From a bacterium (lineage in GTDB: Bacteria; Patescibacteriota; Minisyncoccia; Sungbacterales; HO2-52-23), in NCBI GenBank assembly GCA_030697525.1, contig JAUYPW010000013.1, positions 2,293 to 66,292 on the forward strand: a stretch of DNA of 64,000 nucleotides, written 5' to 3'. Both the position numbers and the translations under genes were made by a program. Below are positions 18,405 through 27,517 of the stretch, in pieces. How positions within the stretch are numbered: position 1 is the stretch's first letter; every line of letters begins with the position of its first letter. Under the pieces are notes generated by a model. The model ran no database searches and was not told where the DNA came from. It was given only the letters and a program-made list of their open reading frames with translations.

Positions 18405-19171
18405 AACAAGCTCTCTTAGGGGCTTATAAATTATTGGAGCCTTGGTCAAAACCTCACCTACATGAGCGTAATTATTATGAAAAAGTAATGCGCTACGCGG
18501 TGGGTTGCTGTCCGGACAGAGATGGTTATATTGCTGATCTGGGAAGCGGGGTTGGTGTGCTTCCGCTTGCCCTAAGACTTATGGGATATAAGGTGGACGG
18601 TTTTGAAAAATATGTTTTTTCGGATGCCGAAAGCCCAATGTTCAAAGTTGCTGATGTCACCAGTCTTAAAGAAGTATGGAACAAAAATGGGCTGGAGGTA
18701 TTTGATTGTGATGTCTTGGCCGTTCCGGGAGAAAATCTTAAAAATAAATATAATGTGGTTATAAACACAGCCTTGATTGAACACGTGAAGAACCCAAAAT
18801 TGCTGCTAGGCAATATGCGGCTGCTTCTTAAAGATGGCGGGCATATAATTACCATGACCCCCAATTTGGCGGTATTTTATAAAAGACTTAGGTTTTTATT
18901 AGGTTTGTCTCCGCACTGGAATGTGGCCGATTTTTTTAATTTAGGAGAGCTTGGTTTTACAGGACATTGGCGGGAATATACATCAAAGGAGTTATGCTGG
19001 GTTCATAAACAGGCCGGTTTTGAAATAATTAAAGCCAACAATTGTGATATTTTTCCTCTAACTGATAAGAAAAACCTACGCAACTTTATACACCTTTTCG
19101 CTCGTTATATATCATATCCAATAGCCAATAGTCGGGAAGCCAATATTGTTATTGGTAAGAAAAATGGATGA
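18383..19171 (+). CDS. class I SAM-dependent methyltransferase
   Basis: Motif I is IADLGSGVGVLPLALRLMGYKVDGFE. The LLKDGGHIIT motif is present. Confidence 0.65.
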   Translation: MDRSSEIKQALLGAYKLLEPWSKPHLHERNYYEKVMRYAVGCCPDRDGYIADLGSGVGVLPLALRLMGYKVDGFEKYVFSDAESPMFKVADVTSLKEVWNKNGLEVFDCDVLAVPGENLKNKYNVVINTALIEHVKNPKLLLGNMRLLLKDGGHIITMTPNLAVFYKRLRFLLGLSPHWNVADFFNLGELGFTGHWREYTSKELCWVHKQAGFEIIKANNCDIFPLTDKKNLRNFIHLFARYISYPIANSREANIVIGKKNG

Positions 19172-20309
19172 AAAACTAAACATACTATATGTCGCCAATA
19201 GCAGAATTCCAACCGAAAAAGCCCATGGCAAACAAATAGCCGAAACTTGCCAGGCCCTAGCAGACAAAGGCTGTAATATACTTTTACTATTGCCGGCAAG
19301 AAAAAATTATATCACGGAGAATATTTTTGATTTTTATGGACTGCGTAGAAATTTCGCTGTTAAAAAGTTAACCTGCCTAGATCTTTTATTTTTACCTTTC
19401 GGTAAGTCCCTTTTCTTCTTTATCCAATCTGTGACATTCGCCCTGTCGACAATCTTTTTTTGTTTATGGACAAATAAAAAGTTCGACATCGTCTATACCA
19501 GAGATTTACTTTTGGCAGGTCTCCTTTCCTTTGGTAGGAGGGCAATCTTTGTTGAGATACACGATTTTCCGGCTAAATCAACTTTTATTCATCACATGAT
19601 GTGGCGAAAAGTAAAAGGCATAATTGTTATTAGCCAGGGCCTTAAAGAAGAGTTGGTTAAGCAGGGTATTACTGATGAAAAAATTCTGGTTGCCCGAGAC
19701 GGGGTAAGATTAGAGGAATTTGATATTGATATATCAAGAAAAGAGGCACGATTACGGCTTAACCTCGATCTTTATAAAAAGATTGTTCTATACACGGGCC
19801 ACCTTTATGACTGGAAGGGGGCTGATCTGCTTGCTGAGGCAGCCACAAATATGTCGCTGGATGTCCGGATTTATATTGTAGGAGGCACGGCTGAAGATGT
19901 TACTAATTTTAAAAGAAAATTTAAGGCCCCAAACTTATTTATTGTTGGCCACAGACCTCCTCAAGAAATTCCCATATGGCTCAAGGCAGCTGACTTGCTT
20001 GTACTTCCAAACAGGGCTGACAAAAAAATATCTTCTCACTATACTTCCCCACTCAAGCTTTTTGAATATATGGCGTCAGACACGCCAATGATTGTGTCTG
20101 ATCTGCCTTCTCTGCGAGAGGTTGTAGGTGACAATGAGGCTGTTTTTTTTACACCCGGCAACAAGAACGATTTGACACAAAAGATTATAACCGGCATAAA
20201 TAATAAAGAATCCTTGACGGCCGGCGCGCGCTTGGTGCAAACTACGGTTAGGCAATACAGTTGGGAAAACCGAAGCAAACTTATAAAGAAATTTATATTA
20301 GATCAATAA
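19164..20309 (+). CDS. GT4 family glycosyltransferase
   Basis: The N-terminus is GT4-like (MDEKLNILYVANSRIPTEKAHGKQIAE). The C-terminal region is YTSPLKLFEYMASDTPMIVSDLPSLREVV. Confidence 0.75.
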   Translation: MDEKLNILYVANSRIPTEKAHGKQIAETCQALADKGCNILLLLPARKNYITENIFDFYGLRRNFAVKKLTCLDLLFLPFGKSLFFFIQSVTFALSTIFFCLWTNKKFDIVYTRDLLLAGLLSFGRRAIFVEIHDFPAKSTFIHHMMWRKVKGIIVISQGLKEELVKQGITDEKILVARDGVRLEEFDIDISRKEARLRLNLDLYKKIVLYTGHLYDWKGADLLAEAATNMSLDVRIYIVGGTAEDVTNFKRKFKAPNLFIVGHRPPQEIPIWLKAADLLVLPNRADKKISSHYTSPLKLFEYMASDTPMIVSDLPSLREVVGDNEAVFFTPGNKNDLTQKIITGINNKESLTAGARLVQTTVRQYSWENRSKLIKKFILDQ

Positions 20310-20310
20310 C

Positions 20311-21027
20311 ATGCTATCATCTGTTTATCCAATCTCACGCGAGAAAGAAGATACTTATTGGTATTCTGCCGGTATGCGAAAACACATGAGTAGATTCTGT
20401 GGTAGATATGTTCGTGGCAAGATACTAGAAATTGGCTGCGGTACTGGGGGAAACATCCCGCTTTTAAAACAATACGGGCAGTATTACGGTGTGGATATAA
20501 ATATGGATGCGGTGGAACTGGCGCGTGGACGAGACTACAGTCTTACTATTACACAGGGTAATGTTGCCAGTCTGCCATACCCCGATCAATTTTTTGACAC
20601 GGTGTATTGCACCGATGTTTTATATCATCAATGGGTAAACAGTCCGGCCGTAGCGTTGCAAGAAATAAAACGAGTCCTAAAAAGCGGCGGTTTATTTGTT
20701 GTACGCGAAGCTGCCTATAATTGGTTGCGCTCCCGACACGATGATGCGGTTATGACCGGACGAAGATTTACTAAACAGTCGCTTGTTCGTCAGTTGGAGA
20801 AAGCCGATTTTTTTGTTTTGGAAGAAAGATATTTAAATTCGTTTATCTTGCCATTTGCTATTGCCGAGAGATTATTGCACAAATGGTATCAGGGAGATTC
20901 GGCAAAGGGCTTTATGGACACAACGCCATTTGATAGGTTGTTTGTGTTACTAATGACCTTGGAAAGGAAATTAGGCATTAAAATGCCTTTTGGTTTAGCT
21001 GTGGTGGCGGTGGCGAAAACAAAATAA
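20311..21027 (+). CDS. class I SAM-dependent methyltransferase
   Basis: Motif I is KILEIGCGTGGNIPLLKQYGQYYGVDIN. The VLKSGGLFVVRE motif is present. Confidence 0.75.
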   Translation: MLSSVYPISREKEDTYWYSAGMRKHMSRFCGRYVRGKILEIGCGTGGNIPLLKQYGQYYGVDINMDAVELARGRDYSLTITQGNVASLPYPDQFFDTVYCTDVLYHQWVNSPAVALQEIKRVLKSGGLFVVREAAYNWLRSRHDDAVMTGRRFTKQSLVRQLEKADFFVLEERYLNSFILPFAIAERLLHKWYQGDSAKGFMDTTPFDRLFVLLMTLERKLGIKMPFGLAVVAVAKTK

Positions 21028-21051
21028 TAACTTTTGTTTTTATAAAAAAAT

Positions 21052-21114
21052 AGTGACAAGTTTAGTACAAATAGAGTATTATATATATGGTGTGTGTTGA
21101 ATAACAACAATTTC
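21052..21114 (+). promoter_or_regulatory. sigma70-like promoter (TGACAA - 17 nt - TATTAT) with a conserved extended spacer; followed by a degenerate copy of the gmhA 5' end and the RBS AAGGAGG
   Basis: AGTGACAAGTTTAGTACAAATAGAGTATTATATATATGG...TTGAATAACAACAATTTCTAA is near-identical to the sequence at 22750-22800, which is the promoter plus start of the gmhA-like gene. Confidence 0.45.
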
Positions 21115-21150
21115 TAAAATCTTGTCAGTGCTAGAGAAAAGGAGGTAGTT

Positions 21151-22710
21151 ATGCGGACACCGAAAGTTCTTTTTATTTACCCACCGATACAGCTTACGGA
21201 TATAGAAACCCCTCGTCCTGATGGGTCACTAGGACCTCTTTACTTGGCTGGAGCTTTGCGAGAAATAGGAATTGAAGCAGACATAATAGACGCCAGCGTC
21301 GGCACTCCGGAAGATGATGTAAAAGATACTTTCCATAGAAGCGTATCACAGGAAAACGGTTTGATCCGTATTGGTATGTCTTGGGAACGTATAGAAGAGG
21401 TTCTGGGACAAAGGAATTATGATATTATAGGTATACATTCCAATTTTACTCCCCAGACCCGAATGGTTCTGAAGGTTGCCGAAATAGCCAAAAAAATCAA
21501 CCCGGAGACTTTAGTTATATCTGGCGGAGTAAACGCCCGTGCTATACCTAAATATCTTTTCCGCGATGGACTCGTGGATCTTGTCTGCACCACGGAAGGT
21601 GAAAAAGTAATGGTAGATATCGTTAATGGATGGACGAGAGACCAATCCATTAAAGGGTTGCAGGGAATACCCGGAACAATTTGCAGAAAAAGCGAAAGAA
21701 AGAATGCCGAAATTTTAGCTACTCCTCTGGGACTAAACACCGTGACTTCTGATTTGGATAAACTTCCCATTCCGGCTTGGGATAAACTGCCGTTTGAAAA
21801 GTACGATCAAATATCCGCAACCCCAGGAATATCCTTGATTGGCCATAACTTGCGCCACGCATCCATGATGACTTCCCGCGGTTGCCCTTTCCGCTGTCTT
21901 TATTGCCACATCTCCAGAGAAAAAGGAGATGGACTGGAAGATACTGGCGACATCGGTTCTTATCGCGTAAAATCGGTTGATAGGGTGTTTAAAGAAATAG
22001 AAATTCTTAAACATCTGGGGGTAAAAAGAGTTTTTCTAGAAGACGATAGTTTGCTTGCCAAGAAAAGCAGAGTGAAAGAAATTTTTAACGGCCTGCTGGG
22101 TGCTGGTCTTACCATGTTGGGAATAAATGGAGTAAATCTTGTACATTTTTTCCAAAGAAATAATGTAGGCAAGCTTGTGCCGGATGAAGACTATATGCAG
22201 CTCCTACAATCTTCCGGCTTTGGCCAAATTGTCTTTCCAATTGAGTCGGGTTCCCAAAGGATTCTGGATAAGTATGCTACCGCCAAATTAAAACTACCCA
22301 TAATGGATGTGGTGGGGCTAGTACAAGTCGCCAAGAAGGTTGGGATAGTCTGTCCCATAAATATGATGATTGGATTTCCGGATGAGAGCGAAGAGGAGAT
22401 GCTAATGTCAGTTGATCTTGCGCGTAAGTTGATTGATGCCGGAGCTCCTTACGTTACTTTCTTCATTCCTATCCCTTTCCCCGGATGCGATCTTTATGAT
22501 ATTGCTCTTGCGGGAGGGTATCTTAATCAAGAGTTTGACCCGGATATTTTCAATTGGAAGAAGCCGGTTATGGAAAACACCGTTGTCGCTCCGCAAAGGA
22601 TAGAAGAAATACGCGAGTGGGCTCAAGGAACTGTAAACACCAAAGAACACGTTGCCAATAGAATAAAAGAAAGCGCTGGAGCCAGAAGATGGGACTCCAA
22701 CGATTTATAA
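21151..22710 (+). CDS. B12-binding (cobalamin-dependent) radical SAM enzyme, class B radical SAM methyltransferase-like
   Basis: The N-terminal B12-binding Rossmann region is KVLFIYPP...LYLAGALREIGIEADIIDA...IIGIHSNF. The radical SAM CX3CX2C motif is MMTSRGCPFRCLYCH. A strong SD, AAGGAGGT, sits 6 nt upstream. Confidence 0.8.
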   Translation: MRTPKVLFIYPPIQLTDIETPRPDGSLGPLYLAGALREIGIEADIIDASVGTPEDDVKDTFHRSVSQENGLIRIGMSWERIEEVLGQRNYDIIGIHSNFTPQTRMVLKVAEIAKKINPETLVISGGVNARAIPKYLFRDGLVDLVCTTEGEKVMVDIVNGWTRDQSIKGLQGIPGTICRKSERKNAEILATPLGLNTVTSDLDKLPIPAWDKLPFEKYDQISATPGISLIGHNLRHASMMTSRGCPFRCLYCHISREKGDGLEDTGDIGSYRVKSVDRVFKEIEILKHLGVKRVFLEDDSLLAKKSRVKEIFNGLLGAGLTMLGINGVNLVHFFQRNNVGKLVPDEDYMQLLQSSGFGQIVFPIESGSQRILDKYATAKLKLPIMDVVGLVQVAKKVGIVCPINMMIGFPDESEEEMLMSVDLARKLIDAGAPYVTFFIPIPFPGCDLYDIALAGGYLNQEFDPDIFNWKKPVMENTVVAPQRIEEIREWAQGTVNTKEHVANRIKESAGARRWDSNDL

Positions 22711-22713
22711 CCC

Positions 22714-22739
22714 AATGAGGACCTCGGTCCTCATTTTTT
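22714..22739 (+). terminator. rho-independent terminator
   Basis: AATGAGGACC-tc-GGTCCTCATTTTTT. Confidence 0.7.
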
Positions 22740-22750
22740 AAAAGAAAACA

Positions 22751-22785
22751 GTGACAAGTTTAGCATAAACTAGGTAGTATATATT
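22751..22785 (+). promoter_or_regulatory. sigma70-like promoter (TGACAA - 17 nt - TAGTAT) ending about 6 nt before the ATG, which implies a leaderless or near-leaderless transcript
   Basis: GTGACAAGTTTAGCATAAACTAGGTAGTATATATT|ATG has no SD sequence. It is the same extended motif as at 21052 and 59269. Confidence 0.45.
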
Positions 22786-23421
22786 ATGAATAACAATAAT
22801 TCCTATGCTGAATCGTTTCTCCAGCAAATAAACGAGATTAGCACAGTTTTGAAGGTCTTATATGGCGCTAAGCTGGATCAGGCTGTAAACCTGCTTTTTG
22901 ATGCTTGGCGAGATGGTAGGTGGGTGTATATCATGGGTAACGGCGGTTCGGCCTCAACGGCCACGCATTTTGCCTCGGATTTGGCTAAAACGATTTGTGA
23001 TACCCCACAAGATTCAGGGCTAAAAGCCCTAGCTTTGGTTGATAATATTCCTCTGGTTAGCGCCCTGACCAATGATTGGGGTTGGGACAATCTTTATCTC
23101 AATCAATTAAAAAATTTTTATGTCCCCGGGGGCGTAGGTATTGGTATTAGTGTTCATGGGGGAAGCGGCAAAGAAATTGCTGGCCAGTGGTCGCAAAATC
23201 TGTTACGAGGACTGCAATTTATAAAAGACAAAGGCGGCAAGACCATAGGGTTAAGTGGTTTTGACGGCGGACCGATGAAAGATTTGGTAGATATCGGTAT
23301 TGTGGTGCCAGCCAATTCAACCCCGGTTGTAGAGGGCATGCATGTTGTTTTACACCACCTGCTAGTATTTGGCCTTAAAGAAAAAATTAATGAACACAAG
23401 AAAAATAGCCCTATTTATTGA
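22786..23421 (+). CDS. gmhA: D-sedoheptulose-7-phosphate isomerase (SIS domain), GmhA-like
   Basis: The SIS-domain motif is VYIMGNGGSASTATHFASDL. The length is ~210 aa, with about 50 aa before the GNGGS motif as in GmhA. Confidence 0.75.
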   Translation: MNNNNSYAESFLQQINEISTVLKVLYGAKLDQAVNLLFDAWRDGRWVYIMGNGGSASTATHFASDLAKTICDTPQDSGLKALALVDNIPLVSALTNDWGWDNLYLNQLKNFYVPGGVGIGISVHGGSGKEIAGQWSQNLLRGLQFIKDKGGKTIGLSGFDGGPMKDLVDIGIVVPANSTPVVEGMHVVLHHLLVFGLKEKINEHKKNSPIY

Positions 23422-23944
23422 CCGAGACGGGGTAATCAATGATACGGTTGATAGAGGCGAAGTTTTTTTTGTAAAAGGAAAGAAAGTGCGCTGGACAGCT
23501 CCTTTTAATCGCGAAGAATTTAAATTTAAACCCGGCGTGCATAATGCTCTGGCGGCAACAAAATCCTTAGGCTATATGAATATTTTAGTTACCAACCAGC
23601 CCGACGTTGGCTATGGCAATATGACCGTAGAAGAACATGACCACATGATGTTTCTGGTCAGACAACTGCCCTTGGATGATATTTATATATGTCTGCATAC
23701 CAGGTTTGATACTTGCGGTTGTAAAAAACCACTGCCGGGCATGATCACGGAAGCTGCTATAAAATGGGATATTGATTTGCCGCGCTCATTTGTGGTGGGG
23801 GATACCGCAAATGATGTGGGCGCTGGTAAGGCTGCTGGTTGCCGGACTATAATTTTAGATCATCCGTATAATCAAGATGTTGCGACTGATGTTAGATTAT
23901 TTGATTTGCAAGAGCTAGTAAGGTTTTTATCCAGAACACGCTAA
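23390..23944 (+). CDS. gmhB: HAD-IIIA phosphatase, D-glycero-D-manno-heptose-1,7-bisphosphate phosphatase GmhB-like
   Basis: The HAD motif I is IALFIDRDGVIN. It is followed by VTNQPDVGYG... and a Cys cluster CxxxxxC..C. The start is taken at MNTRK; an upstream in-frame ATG at 23369 is an alternative. Confidence 0.7.
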   Translation: MNTRKIALFIDRDGVINDTVDRGEVFFVKGKKVRWTAPFNREEFKFKPGVHNALAATKSLGYMNILVTNQPDVGYGNMTVEEHDHMMFLVRQLPLDDIYICLHTRFDTCGCKKPLPGMITEAAIKWDIDLPRSFVVGDTANDVGAGKAAGCRTIILDHPYNQDVATDVRLFDLQELVRFLSRTR

Positions 23945-23950
23945 TTAAAA

Positions 23951-23987
23951 AGCCAATCTTTACCACAGAGATTGGTCCTGTTTTTTA
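23951..23987 (+). terminator. rho-independent terminator
   Basis: CCAATCT-ttaccacag-AGATTGG followed by TTTTTT. Confidence 0.55.
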
Positions 23988-24044
23988 TCATAAGGTCGCT
24001 ATAAAAATGTACAAAATTGTTATAAATTGTTTAATAAAAAAATT

Positions 24045-24779
24045 ATGAAAATTTTTATTGATAGCGCCAATTTAACCGATATAGAAGAAGGTCTCAAACG
24101 CGGTTTTGCTCAAGGAGTGACCACCAACCCCTCGCTTCTGGCCAAAGAACCCAAATCCTCGTTTGAGGAACATGTAAAAAAGATAGTTGAACTGATAAAT
24201 CGATATCAGCCCGGGATGAGTTTAAGCATAGAAGTATTTTCAAAAGATCCGTCAGAAATACTTTCCCAAGCTCAGAGATTTGTAAAAGATTTTTCTTATC
24301 CCCAGCTAAGCATAAAAGTTCAGATCGGCTGGAACGAATTAGAAACTATAGCTAAGTTAAGCAAAATGGGAATTTCTGTTAATTGTACGGCGTGTATGAG
24401 CGTGACTCAAGCAGTAATGGCGGCGCGCGCCGGCGCCAAATATGTCAGTATTTTTTGGGGGCGTATACGGGACGGGGGTACAGAGCTGGAAACTGCTGCC
24501 CAACGAAATCATTTAAAAAGCAAAAAAACCTTTGATGATAAAGATTTTGACCCCGAATTTGTTGTCAACTCAACCAGAAAAATATTGGATAACGACAAGG
24601 TAGAGTCAGAAATAATAGTCGGCAGCATAAGAAGCCTTACGGATATCAGAGACGCGGGGATAGCCGGGGCTCATATAGTTACCATACCACCCAAGTTTTT
24701 CCCGGATATGACAAGTCATTTCAAAACCGACCAGGTGGTTAACCAATTTTTAAATGACTTTAAGAGCTGGCTAAGCTAA
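24045..24779 (+). CDS. transaldolase / fructose-6-phosphate aldolase family (TalC/FSA-type), plausible sedoheptulose-7-P supplier
   Basis: MKIFIDSANLTDIEEGLKRGFAQGVTTNPSLLAKE matches the short transaldolase N-terminus (FxDTAN...GVTTNPSL). Confidence 0.75.
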   Translation: MKIFIDSANLTDIEEGLKRGFAQGVTTNPSLLAKEPKSSFEEHVKKIVELINRYQPGMSLSIEVFSKDPSEILSQAQRFVKDFSYPQLSIKVQIGWNELETIAKLSKMGISVNCTACMSVTQAVMAARAGAKYVSIFWGRIRDGGTELETAAQRNHLKSKKTFDDKDFDPEFVVNSTRKILDNDKVESEIIVGSIRSLTDIRDAGIAGAHIVTIPPKFFPDMTSHFKTDQVVNQFLNDFKSWLS

Positions 24780-24793
24780 AATTTATAAAGCTG

Positions 24794-25903
24794 TTGATGA
24801 AAATTGAATTAGTGAATTTAAAAAGGCAATACAACCTGCATCGGAAAAAAATATCTTCTGCTGTTTTGAGAGTTCTTGGCAGTGGGAGATATATTCTGGG
24901 TTCTGAAGTAGAAAAATTTGAACGCGAGTTTGCTGATTTCTGTAGGGCCAAACATTGTATAGGTGTTGCTTCCGGCACAGACGCCCTGCACTTATCGCTA
25001 AAAGCTCTGGGAATCAAAAATGGCGATGAGATTATAACCGTCCCAAACTCTTTTGTCGCCACTGCTATGAGCATTTCCATGGTTGGCGCAAAACCTGTTT
25101 TTGTTGATATAGATCCAGAAACCTGCAATATGGATGTGAAGAAGATTACGGACAAGATTACGGCTAAAACCAAAGCTATTATCCCTGTACATCTTTACGG
25201 ACAGCCGGCGGATATGGACTCTATTTTAAAAATAGCGCGCAGACATAATCTGAAGATTATAGAAGACGCATGTCAAGCGCATGGCGCGCTATATAAAGGA
25301 AGGCGCGTAGGAACCCTAGGCGATATAGGAGCCTTTAGTTTTTATCCCAGTAAAAATTTGGGAGGATACGGGGATGGTGGTGCAGTAGTGACCAACAATG
25401 ATGAACTGGCAAAAAAAATCTTTTTATACAGAGTTTATGGCGGAAAGGATAGACATACTTATTTAGCACAGGGGTTGAATTCCAGGCTGGATGCCGTACA
25501 GGCCGCTGTCTTAAGGATCAAATTGAAGCATCTTGACCGATGGAACAAGCAAAGAGCGGCCAAGGTAAAAATGTATGATACTTTGCTCAAAAAAATGCCA
25601 ATAAAGACCATCTCGACCCAGCCTTATACACAATCAGTTCATCACCTCTACGTAATAAGAACCGCACACAGAGACAGCTTGAGAGAATATCTTGCGCATA
25701 AGGGAATTAGCACAGAAATCCATTATCCGGTTCCAATTCATCTTCAACCGTTATATAAAAATCTGGGGTATAGAATAGGAAATTTACCTGTTGCTGAAAC
25801 TGCCGCCAACGAGATTATATCTTTGCCCATATTTCCTGAGATGGAAAATAAAGAAATCAAATATATTACCGATATAATTAGAGAATTTTTCCAAAAACCA
25901 TGA
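24794..25903 (+). CDS. DegT/DnrJ/EryC1/StrS-family PLP-dependent sugar aminotransferase
   Basis: It has the characteristic N-terminus (..LKRQY....I..A...VL.SG.YILG.EVEKFE.EFA.F). The overall length is ~370 aa and it ends ...ISLPIFPEM. Confidence 0.8.
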   Translation: MMKIELVNLKRQYNLHRKKISSAVLRVLGSGRYILGSEVEKFEREFADFCRAKHCIGVASGTDALHLSLKALGIKNGDEIITVPNSFVATAMSISMVGAKPVFVDIDPETCNMDVKKITDKITAKTKAIIPVHLYGQPADMDSILKIARRHNLKIIEDACQAHGALYKGRRVGTLGDIGAFSFYPSKNLGGYGDGGAVVTNNDELAKKIFLYRVYGGKDRHTYLAQGLNSRLDAVQAAVLRIKLKHLDRWNKQRAAKVKMYDTLLKKMPIKTISTQPYTQSVHHLYVIRTAHRDSLREYLAHKGISTEIHYPVPIHLQPLYKNLGYRIGNLPVAETAANEIISLPIFPEMENKEIKYITDIIREFFQKP

Positions 25904-26577
25904 AAGCCGTAATTTTAGCTGCAGGGAGGGGAAAAAGAATGGGTCCTCTTACTCGTCACACCCCCAAACCCTTATTAGCCGTTGAGGGTAAACCTTTATT
26001 GGATTGTATTTTAAGCACACTTCCTTTGGATATAGATGAAGTTATTATTGTTGTGGGTTATTTGGGAGAGAAGATAATTAAACGGTATGGGGAACTTTAT
26101 TTTGGCAAAAAAATATCTTATGTGTATCAGAAAAAATTAAACGGAACTGCCCAAGCCCTTTTTCTAACCAAAAGATTTTTTAACAAAAACAAAGAACGTT
26201 TCGCCGTGATTTATGGAGATGAATTGCCAACCAAACGGCAAATGGAAAAATGCTTGTCATATAAATACAGCTGGTTGTGTCGGAAAACAAAAGACCCAAG
26301 CCAATCCGGCATAGCTACCTTGTCCAATAAGGGATACATAATAGACGCAGTGGAGAAACCAAAACACAGTAAGACCAACCTGGCGGTTGCCGGTCTTATG
26401 GTTATAGACACAGACATATTTAATTATAAAATGACCAAACACGAAAACAGTGAATATTATCTCGCCTCAGTTATGCAGGGGTTCGTAAAAGAACACAAAG
26501 TTTATCCTGTAAAAGGAGACCATTATGTTGATTTTGGTTCACCCGAAGATTTAAAAAGGAGTAATAACAATAAATAA
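25900..26577 (+). CDS. sugar-phosphate nucleotidyltransferase, HddC-like (heptose-1-P guanylyltransferase candidate)
   Basis: The NTP-transferase N-terminus is MKAVILAAGRGKRMGPLTRHTPKPLL. The protein is 225 aa. ATGA start/stop overlap. Confidence 0.7.
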   Translation: MKAVILAAGRGKRMGPLTRHTPKPLLAVEGKPLLDCILSTLPLDIDEVIIVVGYLGEKIIKRYGELYFGKKISYVYQKKLNGTAQALFLTKRFFNKNKERFAVIYGDELPTKRQMEKCLSYKYSWLCRKTKDPSQSGIATLSNKGYIIDAVEKPKHSKTNLAVAGLMVIDTDIFNYKMTKHENSEYYLASVMQGFVKEHKVYPVKGDHYVDFGSPEDLKRSNNNK

Positions 26578-26578
26578 C

Positions 26579-27517
26579 ATGATATCTATTGTAATACCCG
26601 TTTATAACGAAGAAGCGACTCTAAGAGAACTACACCAGCGCGTAGTGGAAGTCATGCTGAAACAAAATGACAGCTACGAAATAATTTTTATAAACGACGG
26701 TTCGACAGACAGAACTTATGAAGTGGCTAAAGATTTACGGCCTCTTAAAATGATTACACTGCAGAGGAATTACGGAGATACGCCAGCCCTCGATGTGGGC
26801 ATACAGGAGGCAAAAGGAGATATTATAATTTTTATGGATGCGGATCTGCAAGATGATCCGGGAGAATTGATTAAAATGCTACATAAACTTTCTGAAGGTT
26901 GTGACGTAATAGTCAGCTGGCGCAGAAAAAGGTATGATAGACCGTCTCGTATTATTTTTTCTCGTTTTGCCAATATGATTGTAAGTTATGTTCTCGGAGT
27001 AAATATACATGACTTTGGCTGCGGTTTAAAAATATATAAAAGTAAATTTATAAAAGATTTTAGATTATGGGGTGAGGCTCAGGTTTTTTTACCAGCTATT
27101 GCCAAAGAAAGAGGGGCAAGGATATGCGAGGTTGAAATAAGCCACTATCCGAGAAAGTACGGTAGTTCAAAGATCAAGATATCCAAAATGATAAAAGGAG
27201 GTTTCGATTTAATCAGTGTGGCTTTTTTTATAAAATATTTTTCTAAACCACTTAGATTTTTCGGGGGATGGGGCTTGTTCTCAATTGTTCTGTCGTTCAC
27301 TGCCTTTATTTCCTCTCTTTTGTTGCGTATATATAATACGCCCCTTACTACGACTCCTCTTCCTACAGTAGGCACCCTTTTTGCCTTAACCGGCGTTATA
27401 CTTTTTATGTTAGGCTTATTGGCGGAGATCGTGCTAAGGAACTATTACGCGGTAGTAGGTCGGTCCCCTTATTTTATTCGCGAAATCATAGACAATGGTC
27501 GGAGTGTTAAAGAATAA
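26579..27517 (+). CDS. GT2 polyprenyl-phosphate glycosyltransferase (GtrB/DPM1-like) with two C-terminal TM helices
   Basis: MISIVIPVYNEE...FINDGSTDRT...DADLQDDP carries the DxD motif. The C-terminal TM segments are WGLFSIVLSFTAFISSLLL and LFALTGVILFMLGLLAEIV. Confidence 0.8.
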   Translation: MISIVIPVYNEEATLRELHQRVVEVMLKQNDSYEIIFINDGSTDRTYEVAKDLRPLKMITLQRNYGDTPALDVGIQEAKGDIIIFMDADLQDDPGELIKMLHKLSEGCDVIVSWRRKRYDRPSRIIFSRFANMIVSYVLGVNIHDFGCGLKIYKSKFIKDFRLWGEAQVFLPAIAKERGARICEVEISHYPRKYGSSKIKISKMIKGGFDLISVAFFIKYFSKPLRFFGGWGLFSIVLSFTAFISSLLLRIYNTPLTTTPLPTVGTLFALTGVILFMLGLLAEIVLRNYYAVVGRSPYFIREIIDNGRSVKE

